Positions 1 to 9,082 of a DNA stretch of 64,000 nt are shown here, piece after piece. Origin of the DNA: Bacteroidota bacterium (GTDB lineage Bacteria; Bacteroidota; Bacteroidia; NS11-12g; UBA955). The translations under genes were made by a program, and so were the position numbers. Under the pieces are notes generated by a model, which worked only from the letters and a program-made list of their open reading frames with translations, did not search any database and was not told where the DNA came from. Within the stretch, counting starts at the first letter, position 1, and each line of letters opens with the position of its first letter. Where the stretch lies: NCBI GenBank assembly GCA_027490055.1, contig JAIXYV010000040.1, forward strand, positions 17,696-81,695. Direction: 5' to 3'.

Positions 1-328
1 TATCGTGTTTAAAGGCCAGCTTACGGGTATCTTCGAACAGGTTGTCAAATTCCTCGCGGGTTGCAAATTCTTTGTAGGACAGGTGAAGTGTGGCGTTAAA
101 AGGCAGGTAGTGGATATTGTACCAATACGGATTTTTATCACCTTCATCATAGTTTCTTATTACAGCATATTTAGGATACTGAAAACTGAAAGGGGCAACA
201 GAGTCAAACATCTGATACGATTTTTCAGGATAGTATTCTCTCGGGTATGCGTGAGGCTTTGGTTGGAAGGCATTGTCTTTACAGGCAGAGAGCAATACTA
301 TAAATAAAATCAGCAGAAGTTTATGCAT
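1..328 (-). CDS. gldD: gliding motility lipoprotein GldD, N-terminal part (gene continues past the window start)
   Basis: Absent from the ORF track because no stop lies in the window. Minus-strand ATG at 328-326 reads MHKLLLILFIVLLSACKDNAFQPKPHAYPREYYPEKSYQMFDSVAPFSFQYPKYAV...WYNIHYLPFNATLHLSY. This has a lipobox (LSAC) then PKP.AY..YP and W.NI.Y motifs as in Flavobacterium GldD. The start overlaps the gldE stop by 8 nt (ATGCATAA), the conserved gldE-gldD order. Confidence 0.7.
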   Translation of the reverse strand, partial: MHKLLLILFIVLLSACKDNAFQPKPHAYPREYYPEKSYQMFDSVAPFSFQYPKYAVIRNYDEGDKNPYWYNIHYLPFNATLHLSYKEFATREEFDNLFEDTRKLAFKHD

Positions 329-1667
329 GTTGTATGTCTACTTTGATACGTTTAATACGGCGGTTGTCAACCGACTCGATAGTAAAACTAAAATGTTTGT
401 ATTTTATTGTTTCGTTGCGGGCAGGAATACGGCCATTCAATTCGAGCAGCATCCCGGCAACGGTCTCTGAATCGCCTTTTACCTGATCAAAGAAATCGTC
501 TTCGGTTTGAGTGATCTTACAAAAATCGTTGATTAATAGTTTGCCTTCAACAATGTATTTGTTATCGTCTAGCTTGCTGTAGGTCAGCAATTCCTCGTCG
601 AACTCGTCGTTTATCTCGCCAAAGATTTCCTCCAGAATATCTTCCATCGTAACTATCCCCAGCTTTCCTCCGTATTCATCTACCACGATGGCCATGTGCA
701 TCCGCTCTTCCTGAAATTCGGAAAGCAGTAAGTCGATGCGCTTATTATCAGGCACAAAGAAAGCAGGTTTCAAAAGGCTCAGCCAGTTAAAAGTGTTTTT
801 TTCGTAAAGGTGAGGCAGAATTTCTTTGATGTACAAGACACCCTCAATATTATCAAAGGTTTCGTTGTAAACTGGCAGACGACTATAGCCAAGTTCATTA
901 ACACGGCGAAGCATCTCATCGAAGGCCATAGAGCTATCCAGTGCCGCCACATCTACTCTGCCCTTCATAATCTGTCGCACAGTTTTGTTACCGAAGTTTA
1001 CTATACCTTTTAAGATTTCCTTTTCCTGAAGACCCGTGTCACTATTGGAAGTTATATCAATAGCGTGAGTAAGTTCGTCTGCGGACACAGTGTGTTCATG
1101 AATCTTAACTCTTCTATCGATAATTGAAGTGAATTTTACCATTGGCACTACGAGGAAGGCAAATAATTTCTGACAAACCAGCAGCGGTATTGCCATGAAC
1201 TTAGAGATAGAGACATTCTTTTTAGTGGCGTATACTTTCGGTACAACCTCGCCAAAGAGTAATAATATTAATGTAACTACGACAACTTTGATAGCAAAAT
1301 CGAGGTAGTCGTTCATATCCGGATTGAAGATAGATTCGAGCCAGACAGAGGAAACGATAACAAAACTAACGTTGACAAAGTTATTACCAACAAGAATGGT
1401 TGCTAATAGTTTCTTGGGCTGACTGAGTAAAGTAAGAATTGCGCGATTGGCAGAAGTATCATGTTCTTTCAGGTCTTCTTTATCTTTTGAATTTAGAGAG
1501 AAAAGAGCATTCTCAGAAGCCGAGAATAAACCTGATAAGGCAATCATTAAAACCAGGAACAGAAAAGTTCCGATAAGGTAAGTGTAGCTTTCGTTGGCCA
1601 GGTTAGGGTTAAAAATGCTTGTGGCCTGTAAGATTGTTTGTAAAGGGTAAGGGTCGTCTGATGTCAT
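321..1667 (-). CDS. gldE: gliding motility-associated protein GldE (CNNM/DUF21 membrane domain + CBS pair + CorC/HlyC domain)
   Basis: 448-aa ORF with ATG at 1667. Hydrophobic N-terminal half, CBS-pair region and CorC_HlyC-like C-terminus. Lies between ssb and gldD as in gliding Bacteroidota. Confidence 0.75.
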   Translation of the reverse strand: MTSDDPYPLQTILQATSIFNPNLANESYTYLIGTFLFLVLMIALSGLFSASENALFSLNSKDKEDLKEHDTSANRAILTLLSQPKKLLATILVGNNFVNVSFVIVSSVWLESIFNPDMNDYLDFAIKVVVVTLILLLFGEVVPKVYATKKNVSISKFMAIPLLVCQKLFAFLVVPMVKFTSIIDRRVKIHEHTVSADELTHAIDITSNSDTGLQEKEILKGIVNFGNKTVRQIMKGRVDVAALDSSMAFDEMLRRVNELGYSRLPVYNETFDNIEGVLYIKEILPHLYEKNTFNWLSLLKPAFFVPDNKRIDLLLSEFQEERMHMAIVVDEYGGKLGIVTMEDILEEIFGEINDEFDEELLTYSKLDDNKYIVEGKLLINDFCKITQTEDDFFDQVKGDSETVAGMLLELNGRIPARNETIKYKHFSFTIESVDNRRIKRIKVDIQHA

Positions 1668-1677
1668 TGTATAATAA

Positions 1678-2091
1678 TTAGAATGGCAATATGTCTCCCG
1701 AATCGTTATGATCGTCTACCGGATGATTATTCCTTTCATTGCTATGGTGGTTCTGTTCGCCTGGAACGGGAGCAGAAACTACTTGAAACTGTAGGGCACG
1801 GATGCGAACGGCACTGCGTTTGTGACCTTCCTTATCTGTCCAGGTTTCATTTTTGATTTTTCCTTCTATGAAAACGGTTCTTCCTTTTTTAAGCACTTTT
1901 TCGGCGTTTCTTGCAAGTGCATCCCACATCTCAATGTTGTGCCAGTCGGTTTGCTCGACTTTATTACCTGCCTTGTCAATAAACACTTCGTTTGTGGCCA
2001 TAGTAAAATTAGCAACTGCCCTGTTGTTTTCGAGGTACCTCACTTCAGGGTCTTTACCAAGCCTGCCTAATAAAAAAACTTTGTTAACCAT
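1678..2091 (-). CDS. ssb: single-stranded DNA-binding protein
   Basis: 137 aa. OB-fold N-terminus MVNKVFLLGRLGKDPEVRY..., low-complexity linker and acidic tail ending DSGDILPF typical of SSB. Confidence 0.9.
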   Translation of the reverse strand: MVNKVFLLGRLGKDPEVRYLENNRAVANFTMATNEVFIDKAGNKVEQTDWHNIEMWDALARNAEKVLKKGRTVFIEGKIKNETWTDKEGHKRSAVRIRALQFQVVSAPVPGEQNHHSNERNNHPVDDHNDSGDILPF

Positions 2092-2098
2092 TCACTTA

Positions 2099-2106
2099 CA
2101 AATATA
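2099..2106 (-). promoter_or_regulatory. Bacteroidota -7 box (TATATTTG on minus strand) upstream of ssb
   Basis: Plus-strand caaatata is the reverse complement of TAnnTTTG, 7 nt upstream of the ssb ATG (2091). Confidence 0.4.
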
Positions 2107-2117
2107 GAAAAATCAAG

Positions 2118-3158
2118 TTACAAAGATAATAAAAAATTACTGATCAAAATTGGAAAGGGATATTTTGTAGAATCTTTTAATTCAATCTCTAAACAATTCT
2201 CAGAAACAAAAACGGGTTTTTCGGTAGTATAAATTTCAAAAAACTGACAAAACAGCGTTTGGTGGGTTAAAACATGTTTCAACGAAGTTTGTTTCACTAA
2301 GTTAAAACCCTTGGTATTGCTTACTGTTGATGCTATTGAGTTAGAGAGATTCTTCCAATCTGCTGGCGCTTCAGTTTCTATGAGTGGCAGTTCGAATAAG
2401 TTTTCCCAAATACCTTTACCGAATCGTTTTTGGATGTAAATATTGTCTTTATACCTGATTAACAAATAATTAAAGTATCTGTTCCGTTTTTTAACTTTTT
2501 TATTTTTTACAGGTCTTAAAGCGATTGTTTCATTTATTCGGGCCTGACAATCAATGTACAAAGGACAAACGGAGCAGTTTGGATGATCATTTTTGCAAAG
2601 CGTAGCGCCCAGTTCCATAATGGCATTATTGAAAAGTGCGGGCGAGGTTTGCTCGATCATGGGTTGTAAAATCTCCAGAAACACCTTTCTGGTTGCTGGT
2701 TCGTCGATGGGCAGATTGATATCGTAATATCTTGAAATTACGCGAAATACGTTGCCATCAATAGCTGGATGGGGCTTGTTAAAGGCAAAAGAAACGATAG
2801 CTGAAGCGGTATAATCACCCACACCAGGTAATTTTAACAATTCGCACTTTTCATTAGGGAAAACACCCTGATACTCATTAGTTATCAACTTTGCAGTTTT
2901 GTGTAAATTTCTTGCTCTGGAGTAATAGCCCAGTCCTTGCCAAAGACGAAGCACCTGCTCTTCGCTGGCCTCTGCGAGCTTTGCTACTGTTGGATACTCC
3001 GTAATAAAACGATGGTAATAAGCGAGTCCTTGTACGACCTGAGTTTGTTGCAAAATAATTTCAGACAACCATATTTTATATGGGTCATTCGTAGTTCTCC
3101 ACGGGAGATCTCTAAAATTTTTTTTATACCATTTGGTTAAATCTAAAACATTTTCCAT
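2118..3158 (-). CDS. mutY: A/G-specific adenine DNA glycosylase MutY
   Basis: 346 aa. HhH-GPD region (LPGVGDYTASAI), 4Fe-4S cysteine cluster CKNDHPNCSVCPLYIDC and a NUDIX-like C-terminal domain. Confidence 0.9.
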   Translation of the reverse strand: MENVLDLTKWYKKNFRDLPWRTTNDPYKIWLSEIILQQTQVVQGLAYYHRFITEYPTVAKLAEASEEQVLRLWQGLGYYSRARNLHKTAKLITNEYQGVFPNEKCELLKLPGVGDYTASAIVSFAFNKPHPAIDGNVFRVISRYYDINLPIDEPATRKVFLEILQPMIEQTSPALFNNAIMELGATLCKNDHPNCSVCPLYIDCQARINETIALRPVKNKKVKKRNRYFNYLLIRYKDNIYIQKRFGKGIWENLFELPLIETEAPADWKNLSNSIASTVSNTKGFNLVKQTSLKHVLTHQTLFCQFFEIYTTEKPVFVSENCLEIELKDSTKYPFPILISNFLLSL

Positions 3159-3220
3159 AGTTTTGTGTTTAAATATATCAACTAAACCTTGACATTTGAA
3201 AATAAAAATACATACTAATT

Positions 3221-3541
3221 ATGACTAAGGCAGAAATTATCAGCGAAATTTCAGAAAAAACGGGAATTGACAAAGTTATTGTTACAGAATCTTTGGAATC
3301 ATTCTTTAAAGTGATGAAAAACAACATGGCACAGGGCGAAAATATTTATTTTCGTGGCTTTGGCAGTTTCATTTTAAAGAAAAGAGCTAAGAAGATTGCC
3401 AGAAACATCTCTAAGAACACAGCGCTTGTTATCGACGAGCACTTCATTCCGAAGTTCAAACCGGCAAAAGTTTTCCTAGAAAAAATCAAAACCAGCATTC
3501 CTTCAGATTTTGTACCTAAAAAAGAAGTAAAAGATTACTAA
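3221..3541 (+). CDS. HU/IHF family DNA-binding protein
   Basis: 106 aa. MTKAEIISEISEKTGI...FRGFGSF...PKFKPAK matches the HU/IHF fold signature (GFGSF arm). Confidence 0.85.
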   Translation: MTKAEIISEISEKTGIDKVIVTESLESFFKVMKNNMAQGENIYFRGFGSFILKKRAKKIARNISKNTALVIDEHFIPKFKPAKVFLEKIKTSIPSDFVPKKEVKDY

Positions 3542-3546
3542 TTTTG
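3539..3546 (+). promoter_or_regulatory. -7 box TAATTTTG, 4 nt before the ATG at 3551 (predicts leaderless mRNA)
   Basis: Exact TAnnTTTG match overlapping the HU stop codon. Spacer is caaa, then ATG. Confidence 0.45.
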
Positions 3547-3550
3547 CAAA

Positions 3551-4333
3551 ATGAAATTGAAATCAGTAAAAGCAACCTTGATGGTTGCTTTTATCATTTT
3601 AACCGGTAGCCTAACATACTTAGGATTAAACAGCAATAAAGCGAACATCGACTTTAAGGCTATAGAGGCAAAGAACGCTGCAGAGATGCGGACTCAAACC
3701 GAAAATGAGTTTGAGAATGTCTTAAAGAACATTGGCAACAGCACAACAGTTGTTAAGCCAGAGGTTCTTCAGTCTAACGACACCACCAAACTATCCCTGT
3801 CTATTCAGTTACTTGATACCATGAAGCAGTATATTTATGCTGGGGTATTGTCAGAGCGACTGGCGGGTATACAAAACTCTTCTTACAGATACCACATGGC
3901 TGCCCGTTATTTTTTACTGGCGACAGAGGATCACAAAAACGAACTGATGCTCTTCAAGAAAGCTAAAGCCAATCTTGAAACTTGCCTGGACAAGGATACC
4001 AGTAACCTCGATGCTAAAGTCGACCTGGCAGTGAGCGTCTATAACATCAACCATTTTCAGAAACCTGAAAATAATATGGACCTTATGCGACCGGCTTTGT
4101 TGCTGAGAGAGGTCGTAAAATCTAATCCCAACCACATCGACGGCTTGTATTATTTAGGAAAATTAGCCATTGAATCAAATCAATTAGAAAAAGCTATTGA
4201 AAGATTCAAAAAATTAGTATCTTTGCAACCCCAAAATCGCGAATATTACATGGAATTAAGTGGAATTTACGAGTTGATGGGAAACAAAACAGAATCAAAA
4301 GCATGGGCTGACAAGGCCAGTGCGATTAAATAG
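3551..4333 (+). CDS. TPR-like repeat protein with N-terminal membrane anchor
   Basis: 260 aa. One N-terminal hydrophobic helix. The C-terminal part shows TPR-like helices (YYLGKLAIESNQLEKAIERFKKLVSLQPQN). Confidence 0.5.
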   Translation: MKLKSVKATLMVAFIILTGSLTYLGLNSNKANIDFKAIEAKNAAEMRTQTENEFENVLKNIGNSTTVVKPEVLQSNDTTKLSLSIQLLDTMKQYIYAGVLSERLAGIQNSSYRYHMAARYFLLATEDHKNELMLFKKAKANLETCLDKDTSNLDAKVDLAVSVYNINHFQKPENNMDLMRPALLLREVVKSNPNHIDGLYYLGKLAIESNQLEKAIERFKKLVSLQPQNREYYMELSGIYELMGNKTESKAWADKASAIK

Positions 4334-4355
4334 ACCCAAAAAAAAGATATTTATT

Positions 4356-4445
4356 ATGCCAAGCGGAAAAAAAAGAAAAAGACACAAAATTGCTACTCAC
4401 AAACGCAAAAAAAGACTTAGAAAAAATCGTCATAAGAAGAAATAG
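4356..4445 (+). CDS. 29-aa hyper-basic peptide resembling ribosomal protein bS22
   Basis: Below the ORF-track size cut-off. ATG at 4356 and TAG at 4443-4445 give MPSGKKRKRHKIATHKRKKRLRKNRHKKK, with 20 of 29 residues K/R/H. Resembles the bS22 mini-protein family described in actinobacterial and Bacteroidota ribosomes. Confidence 0.6.
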   Translation: MPSGKKRKRHKIATHKRKKRLRKNRHKKK

Positions 4446-4468
4446 TTTGACTTTATTTTCTCAGGATT

Positions 4469-6016
4469 GTGAATGAGCTTGTCATTGATCGCAACTCTAA
4501 TGGCATAGACTTAGCCCTAATTTACAACAAACAACTGACTGAACTCCACAAGGAGGAGTCTGTCTCGTCATTTCAGATCGGTGATGTTTATCTTGCTAAG
4601 GTCAAAAAAATCATGCCTAACCTCAATGCCGCATTTTTGGATGTCGGTCATGAGAAAGATGCGTTCCTCCACTACACCGATTTAGGTATCAATTTTCGTT
4701 CTGTTAAGAAACTGACGACGATTGTAACTCAGGGCGGATTGAAAAATCCAAACCTCGATGAGTTCTCAATCGAAGAAGAAATCGTTAAAACAGGAAAAAT
4801 CTCTGAAGTACTTAAGAAAGGTGACCAGTTACTGGTGCAGATCTTTAAAGAGCCAATCGGCAATAAAGGTCCACGGATTACGTGCGACCTGTCCTTTGCG
4901 GGCCGTTTCTGCGTTTTAGTGCCGTTTGGAAAATCCACTTCTATTTCTAAAAAAATCTCAGACGTTAACCACAAGAAGCGTCTGAAACAAATGATAGATA
5001 AGCTGAAACCTAAAAATTTCGGCATTATCATTAGAACCATTGCAGAAGAAGCAGGTATCGAAGAAATCGAAATCGACCTGAACAATCTGATCAAACAATG
5101 GGAACATCTTATTCAGGCTTCCAGAAATGCAAACCCTCCTTTTAAAGTTCTGGGTGAAATTTCGAGAACGGAAACCCTGTTAAGAGACCTCCTGAACGAC
5201 GACTTTATCAATATTCACGTTAATGACGCTGAATACGCTGCCAAATTAAAAGAGTATATTACCAATATCGCTCCAGGCAGAGAAAGTCTCATCCGTCTCT
5301 ACAATAGTAAAGTGCCAATTTTCCAGCACTTTGGAATCGATAAACAGATCAAAGCTTCTTTCGGTAAAAATGTGATGTTCAGCAATGGGGCTTACCTCAT
5401 TATCGAACATACCGAAGCCATGCACGTGATCGATGTTAACTCGGGTCGCAAAACTACCGATGCCGAAAGTCAGCAGGAAAATGCCCTTAAAATTAATATC
5501 GAAGCGACCAAAGAAATCGCCAGACAATTGCGTCTGCGAGATCTTGGTGGTATTATCGTTATTGATTTCATCGACCTTAAAAACCCAAATCACAGAAAAG
5601 AACTTCTGGATGCTCTTACTCTGGCAATGAAACCAGACCGCTCTAAGCACAATATTTTGCCTATGAGTAAATTCGGTCTGGTGCAAATTACCCGCGAGCG
5701 TGTTCGTCCGGAAATCAATATCAATACCAGCGAACTTTGTCCGAGCTGTAACGGTACCGGCAATGTTGTCTCCAGTATGTTGCTTAGCGATAATATCGAA
5801 GAAAAACTGAGCTATATCTGGGATACTCAGAACATCACCAAACTTACGCTTAAGGTGAATCCTATCATCAAAGCGTATCTAACTAAAGGTGGTATCAAAA
5901 GTGTGCGTTTTCAATGGTTATGGAAGCATAAGAAATGGGTTAAGATTGTTGAAGATAGCAACTTCCACCTCACCAACTTCAGCATCTTTAACGATTCAGG
6001 TGATATCCTGAACTAA
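4469..6016 (+). CDS. rng: Rne/Rng family ribonuclease (RNase G/E catalytic domain)
   Basis: 515 aa with a GTG start at 4469. S1-like N-terminus (GDVYLAKVKKIMPNLNAAFLDVG), DNase I-like core (HVIDVNSG), and a CPSCNGTG zinc link. Confidence 0.85.
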   Translation: MNELVIDRNSNGIDLALIYNKQLTELHKEESVSSFQIGDVYLAKVKKIMPNLNAAFLDVGHEKDAFLHYTDLGINFRSVKKLTTIVTQGGLKNPNLDEFSIEEEIVKTGKISEVLKKGDQLLVQIFKEPIGNKGPRITCDLSFAGRFCVLVPFGKSTSISKKISDVNHKKRLKQMIDKLKPKNFGIIIRTIAEEAGIEEIEIDLNNLIKQWEHLIQASRNANPPFKVLGEISRTETLLRDLLNDDFINIHVNDAEYAAKLKEYITNIAPGRESLIRLYNSKVPIFQHFGIDKQIKASFGKNVMFSNGAYLIIEHTEAMHVIDVNSGRKTTDAESQQENALKINIEATKEIARQLRLRDLGGIIVIDFIDLKNPNHRKELLDALTLAMKPDRSKHNILPMSKFGLVQITRERVRPEININTSELCPSCNGTGNVVSSMLLSDNIEEKLSYIWDTQNITKLTLKVNPIIKAYLTKGGIKSVRFQWLWKHKKWVKIVEDSNFHLTNFSIFNDSGDILN

Positions 6017-6110
6017 TCGTCATCGTCGTTTATTTTATCTGTTTTATCTATCTTGGTCAAACAGATATACGATTCCAGTGTTAATCTTGTTATCTATCTA
6101 AATCACTGTT

Positions 6111-7178
6111 ATGCGTACCATTAAATTTTTATTCAGCTTAATCATTCTTATCACTGTCGGTTTAAGTGCCTGTGCACAGAAAACCAATAGCAACACCTCT
6201 ACCCCTACTGCATTTTCTGACTCTATGCCAAAGGCAGATACTTCTCTTGCTGCCAAATCCAGTAATTTCTGGAGAGAGCGTCTGACAGAAGAACAATATC
6301 GCATACTGCGGGAAAAAGGAACTGAATCGCCTTTTACTGGCGAATGGCTAATGCATAAAGATACTGGCTACTATACCTGTGTCGCCTGCAATAACCCTTT
6401 GTTCCGCTCTGATCGCAAGTTTGATTCAGATTGTGGATGGCCTAGCTTTGATGAAGAAGTAGCAGGTGGTAAAGTAAAAACCCAAATGGATTATTCGCAT
6501 GGCATGAGTCGCCTCGAAATTCTATGCGGCAATTGCGGCGGTCACCTCGGACATCTTTTTGATGACGGTCCCACCAGCACCGGCAAACGCTACTGCGTTA
6601 ACTCTGTCTCTTTAAACTTCGTTAAATCCAATGCCTTTAAAGTCGCCGAAACCGATACCATCACTTTAGGCGGAGGCTGTTTCTGGTGCTTAGAAGCGGT
6701 GTTCGAAAAATTAAAAGGTGTTGTTTCTGTAGAGTCTGGTTATTCAGGCGGATTGGTGGCTAATCCGACTTATAAAGAAGTCTGCACTGGCAGTACTAAC
6801 CACGCTGAAGTTATTCAAATTGTCTATGATGTTCATCAAACAAGTTTAGATGAAATCTTCAAAATATACTTTACCATGCACGATCCAACTACTCTGAACC
6901 AGCAAGGCGCAGATGTTGGAACACAATACCGCTCTATCATCTTATACCACAATGATAAACAAAGAACTGAGGCTTTGTCATTGATTAAAGATCTCAGCAA
7001 TTCAAGGGTATATTCAGATCCTATTGTTACCAGTGTAGAGGCCTTTAAAGTATTTTATAAGGCAGAAATCAGTCACCAGGACTATTATGAAAACAACAAG
7101 AATCAGCCTTATTGCAGATTGGTCATACAACCTAAAATGGAAGAATTTGAAGCTTTGTTCAAAGCCAGAATGAAGTAA
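6111..7178 (+). CDS. msrAB: bifunctional methionine sulfoxide reductase MsrB-MsrA, lipoprotein
   Basis: 355 aa with lipobox GLSAC. MsrB part has CxxC pairs (CVACN, CGNCGGHLGH) and RYCVNS. MsrA part has GGGCFWC. Confidence 0.9.
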   Translation: MRTIKFLFSLIILITVGLSACAQKTNSNTSTPTAFSDSMPKADTSLAAKSSNFWRERLTEEQYRILREKGTESPFTGEWLMHKDTGYYTCVACNNPLFRSDRKFDSDCGWPSFDEEVAGGKVKTQMDYSHGMSRLEILCGNCGGHLGHLFDDGPTSTGKRYCVNSVSLNFVKSNAFKVAETDTITLGGGCFWCLEAVFEKLKGVVSVESGYSGGLVANPTYKEVCTGSTNHAEVIQIVYDVHQTSLDEIFKIYFTMHDPTTLNQQGADVGTQYRSIILYHNDKQRTEALSLIKDLSNSRVYSDPIVTSVEAFKVFYKAEISHQDYYENNKNQPYCRLVIQPKMEEFEALFKARMK

Positions 7179-8336
7179 TTAGTCGTCTGACTTCAATTGT
7201 TGAAGTTTAGGTTTTTGATAGATGAGTTCGCCGTTGTCATCGTATTTCTCGTGTAGTACTACTTTGCCTTTTTCATTGTAGTATTTCCACTCTCCTACCA
7301 TAGAGCCCATGGAATAAGTGCCTTCGGCGCGACTGCCTTTATTGTACAGACCAGTTTTAAATTCGCCATCCAGTTTACCATCTTTGTAATTACCGGTTTC
7401 GTCAAGGGCACGGACATAACGTTTTTTAGATTTTGAAGGATCGTAGACTTCATCTTTACCATTATTGGCATCGCCTTCATCTATGATACCAGAATAATAT
7501 TTTTTATACGGACCGTTAAGCACATCATTTTGATAGGTATACTGGGTTAAGGTATCACCAACTTCATTGAAGGTAAGCCATACACCATCTTTTTTACCCA
7601 TTTTGAAATACTCTTCTTTCATGATAGAACCGAAAACATTGTCCCAGTACCTTGAGACACTATCCTGAAAACCATTTTTATAATAGCTTTCCTCAGCTAC
7701 CAGACCGGTTAAATGATAACGAAGATACTGACCATCTCTAACACCTTCATTGTACGTAGATTGAAGGCGAATATTACCAGCTTCATAATACGTCAGCATT
7801 AATCCGTGAGGTTTCTCATTTTTCAGGGCTACTTCTTGTTCGAGGTTACCGTTTTTGTAATATGTGATGGTTTTACCCACTCTAACACCCTGAGCGTATT
7901 CGTGAATGTATTTAGGATTGCCATTTTCGTAATAGGCATTAACAGTGCTGTCCAGTAAATCGTTAATGTATTTTCCTGTTAATTTCAATTTGCCATTCTC
8001 GTGGTAGTAAATAAAAGGACCATTGCGTTTACCAGCCTTGAACAGCATGGTAGTTCTGATTTGGGTACCGCCCAGGAAGTATTCTGTTTTAGTACCTTCC
8101 AGCAAACCGTTCACCCATTGAATTTCCTGCATTTTGGTATTGTTTGGAAACAGATCGATACTCGTTCCAGTAAACGGCGTACCATTCAGATGATACACTT
8201 CATTGATATTTTGAAGATCATCGGTTTTAACTTTACGGTAAACCTGTTTGCCAGTGGGAGTTGTTTTAACTGTCTGAGCCTGTAAGCTGTCAGCAGAAAA
8301 AAGTACGATAGCAGATATCAGTAGTACGGAACGCAT
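7179..8336 (-). CDS. MORN-variant repeat protein (YwqK-like), secreted
   Basis: 385 aa with a signal peptide. Many repeats of the Y(Y/H)xNG.(L/P)k...y..G...G type (YYENGNPKY, YYKNGNLEQ, YYEAGNIRL). Confidence 0.6.
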   Translation of the reverse strand: MRSVLLISAIVLFSADSLQAQTVKTTPTGKQVYRKVKTDDLQNINEVYHLNGTPFTGTSIDLFPNNTKMQEIQWVNGLLEGTKTEYFLGGTQIRTTMLFKAGKRNGPFIYYHENGKLKLTGKYINDLLDSTVNAYYENGNPKYIHEYAQGVRVGKTITYYKNGNLEQEVALKNEKPHGLMLTYYEAGNIRLQSTYNEGVRDGQYLRYHLTGLVAEESYYKNGFQDSVSRYWDNVFGSIMKEEYFKMGKKDGVWLTFNEVGDTLTQYTYQNDVLNGPYKKYYSGIIDEGDANNGKDEVYDPSKSKKRYVRALDETGNYKDGKLDGEFKTGLYNKGSRAEGTYSMGSMVGEWKYYNEKGKVVLHEKYDDNGELIYQKPKLQQLKSDD

Positions 8337-8340
8337 GTCA

Positions 8341-8348
8341 CAAAATTA
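8341..8348 (-). promoter_or_regulatory. -7 box (TAATTTTG on minus strand), 4 nt before the ATG at 8336
   Basis: Plus-strand caaaatta. Spacer is 4 nt. Confidence 0.45.
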
Positions 8349-8428
8349 CCTAATAGAAATGTAAAAGTATTCAGAGAAACGGCAGGCGGTCCTAAAAATT
8401 GTGCACAAGCTCTCAAGAGCCCGAGAAA

Positions 8429-8941
8429 TTAAGGCTTAACGAGCTTCTTGATTTCCTCTTCAAGCTCAAATTCGTTGCCTTCCACGTAGCCATTGTGTAC
8501 ATAAACAATATTGCCATTCTGATCTAACAGAACTGTTTGTGGAGGATTGTTCACATTAAGCGCTCTGGCCAAATCTTTGTTCTCGTCGGTCAGAATGGTA
8601 TAAGGCCATCCTTTCGCATTTACAAAAGGCTGTACTTTAGGAAGGTTTCTTGAATCGTCAATAGTAACTGCCACCATTTGCATACCATATTTAGTTTGCC
8701 AGTCGGCGTAAACATCCATGATGTTGTCGAGTTCTTTAATACACGGACCGCACCAGGTAGCCCAGAAAGAGATCACGGTAATCTTACCTGTCTTACCAAA
8801 ATCCTGAATATTAACACTGGTACCATCCAGTTTTTTTACTGTAACTGAAGGCAAAGTGGTTGTTTTTTGCTTGGTGGTATCATCGGCTTTAGCAGAGATA
8901 AAGCCAAGAGTTAAGAAAGCTGCAAGTAGTATTGAACGCAT
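8429..8941 (-). CDS. TlpA/ResA-like thiol-disulfide oxidoreductase, secreted
   Basis: 170 aa with a signal peptide and thioredoxin-fold motif FWATWCGPCIKE. Confidence 0.8.
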   Translation of the reverse strand: MRSILLAAFLTLGFISAKADDTTKQKTTTLPSVTVKKLDGTSVNIQDFGKTGKITVISFWATWCGPCIKELDNIMDVYADWQTKYGMQMVAVTIDDSRNLPKVQPFVNAKGWPYTILTDENKDLARALNVNNPPQTVLLDQNGNIVYVHNGYVEGNEFELEEEIKKLVKP

Positions 8942-8966
8942 GTCTACAAATAAACAATCATTATGC

Positions 8967-8974
8967 CAAAGTTA
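8967..8974 (-). promoter_or_regulatory. -7 box (TAACTTTG on minus strand) upstream of the TlpA-like gene
   Basis: Plus-strand caaagtta, 25 nt upstream of the ATG at 8941. The heptamer array starts 13 nt further upstream. Confidence 0.4.
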
Positions 8975-8987
8975 CAAGGGGAATCTT

Positions 8988-9050
8988 GTTATTGGTTATT
9001 GGTTATTGGTTATTGGTTATTGGTTATTGGTTATTGGTTATTGGTTATTG
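8988..9050. repeat. perfect heptanucleotide microsatellite (GTTATTG) x 9
   Basis: Nine exact head-to-tail copies read directly from the sequence. Confidence 0.95.
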
Positions 9051-9082
9051 CCGATTATTCCTGGCTAATTCGATTCCCTAAT

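Noticed and set aside
5-307. 100-aa plus-strand ORF at the window start
   Set aside because: The opposite strand encodes a recognisable GldD N-terminus with a lipobox, coupled to gldE. The plus-strand ORF has no recognisable features.
5246-5686. 146-aa ORF antisense to rng. Similar antisense ORFs lie in kdsD (21092-21496), fhs (26029-26385), DUF58 (28994-29443), hutH (30544-30906) and lepB (32373-32765).
   Set aside because: Each is fully contained antisense within a well-supported gene and lacks any motif or start context. They are treated as spurious.
8856-9068. 70-aa ORF translating to ...LVIGYWLLVIGYWLLVIGYW...
   Set aside because: The repetitive peptide is a read-through of the (GTTATTG)9 microsatellite. 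The ORF starts antisense inside the TlpA-like gene and has no independent support.
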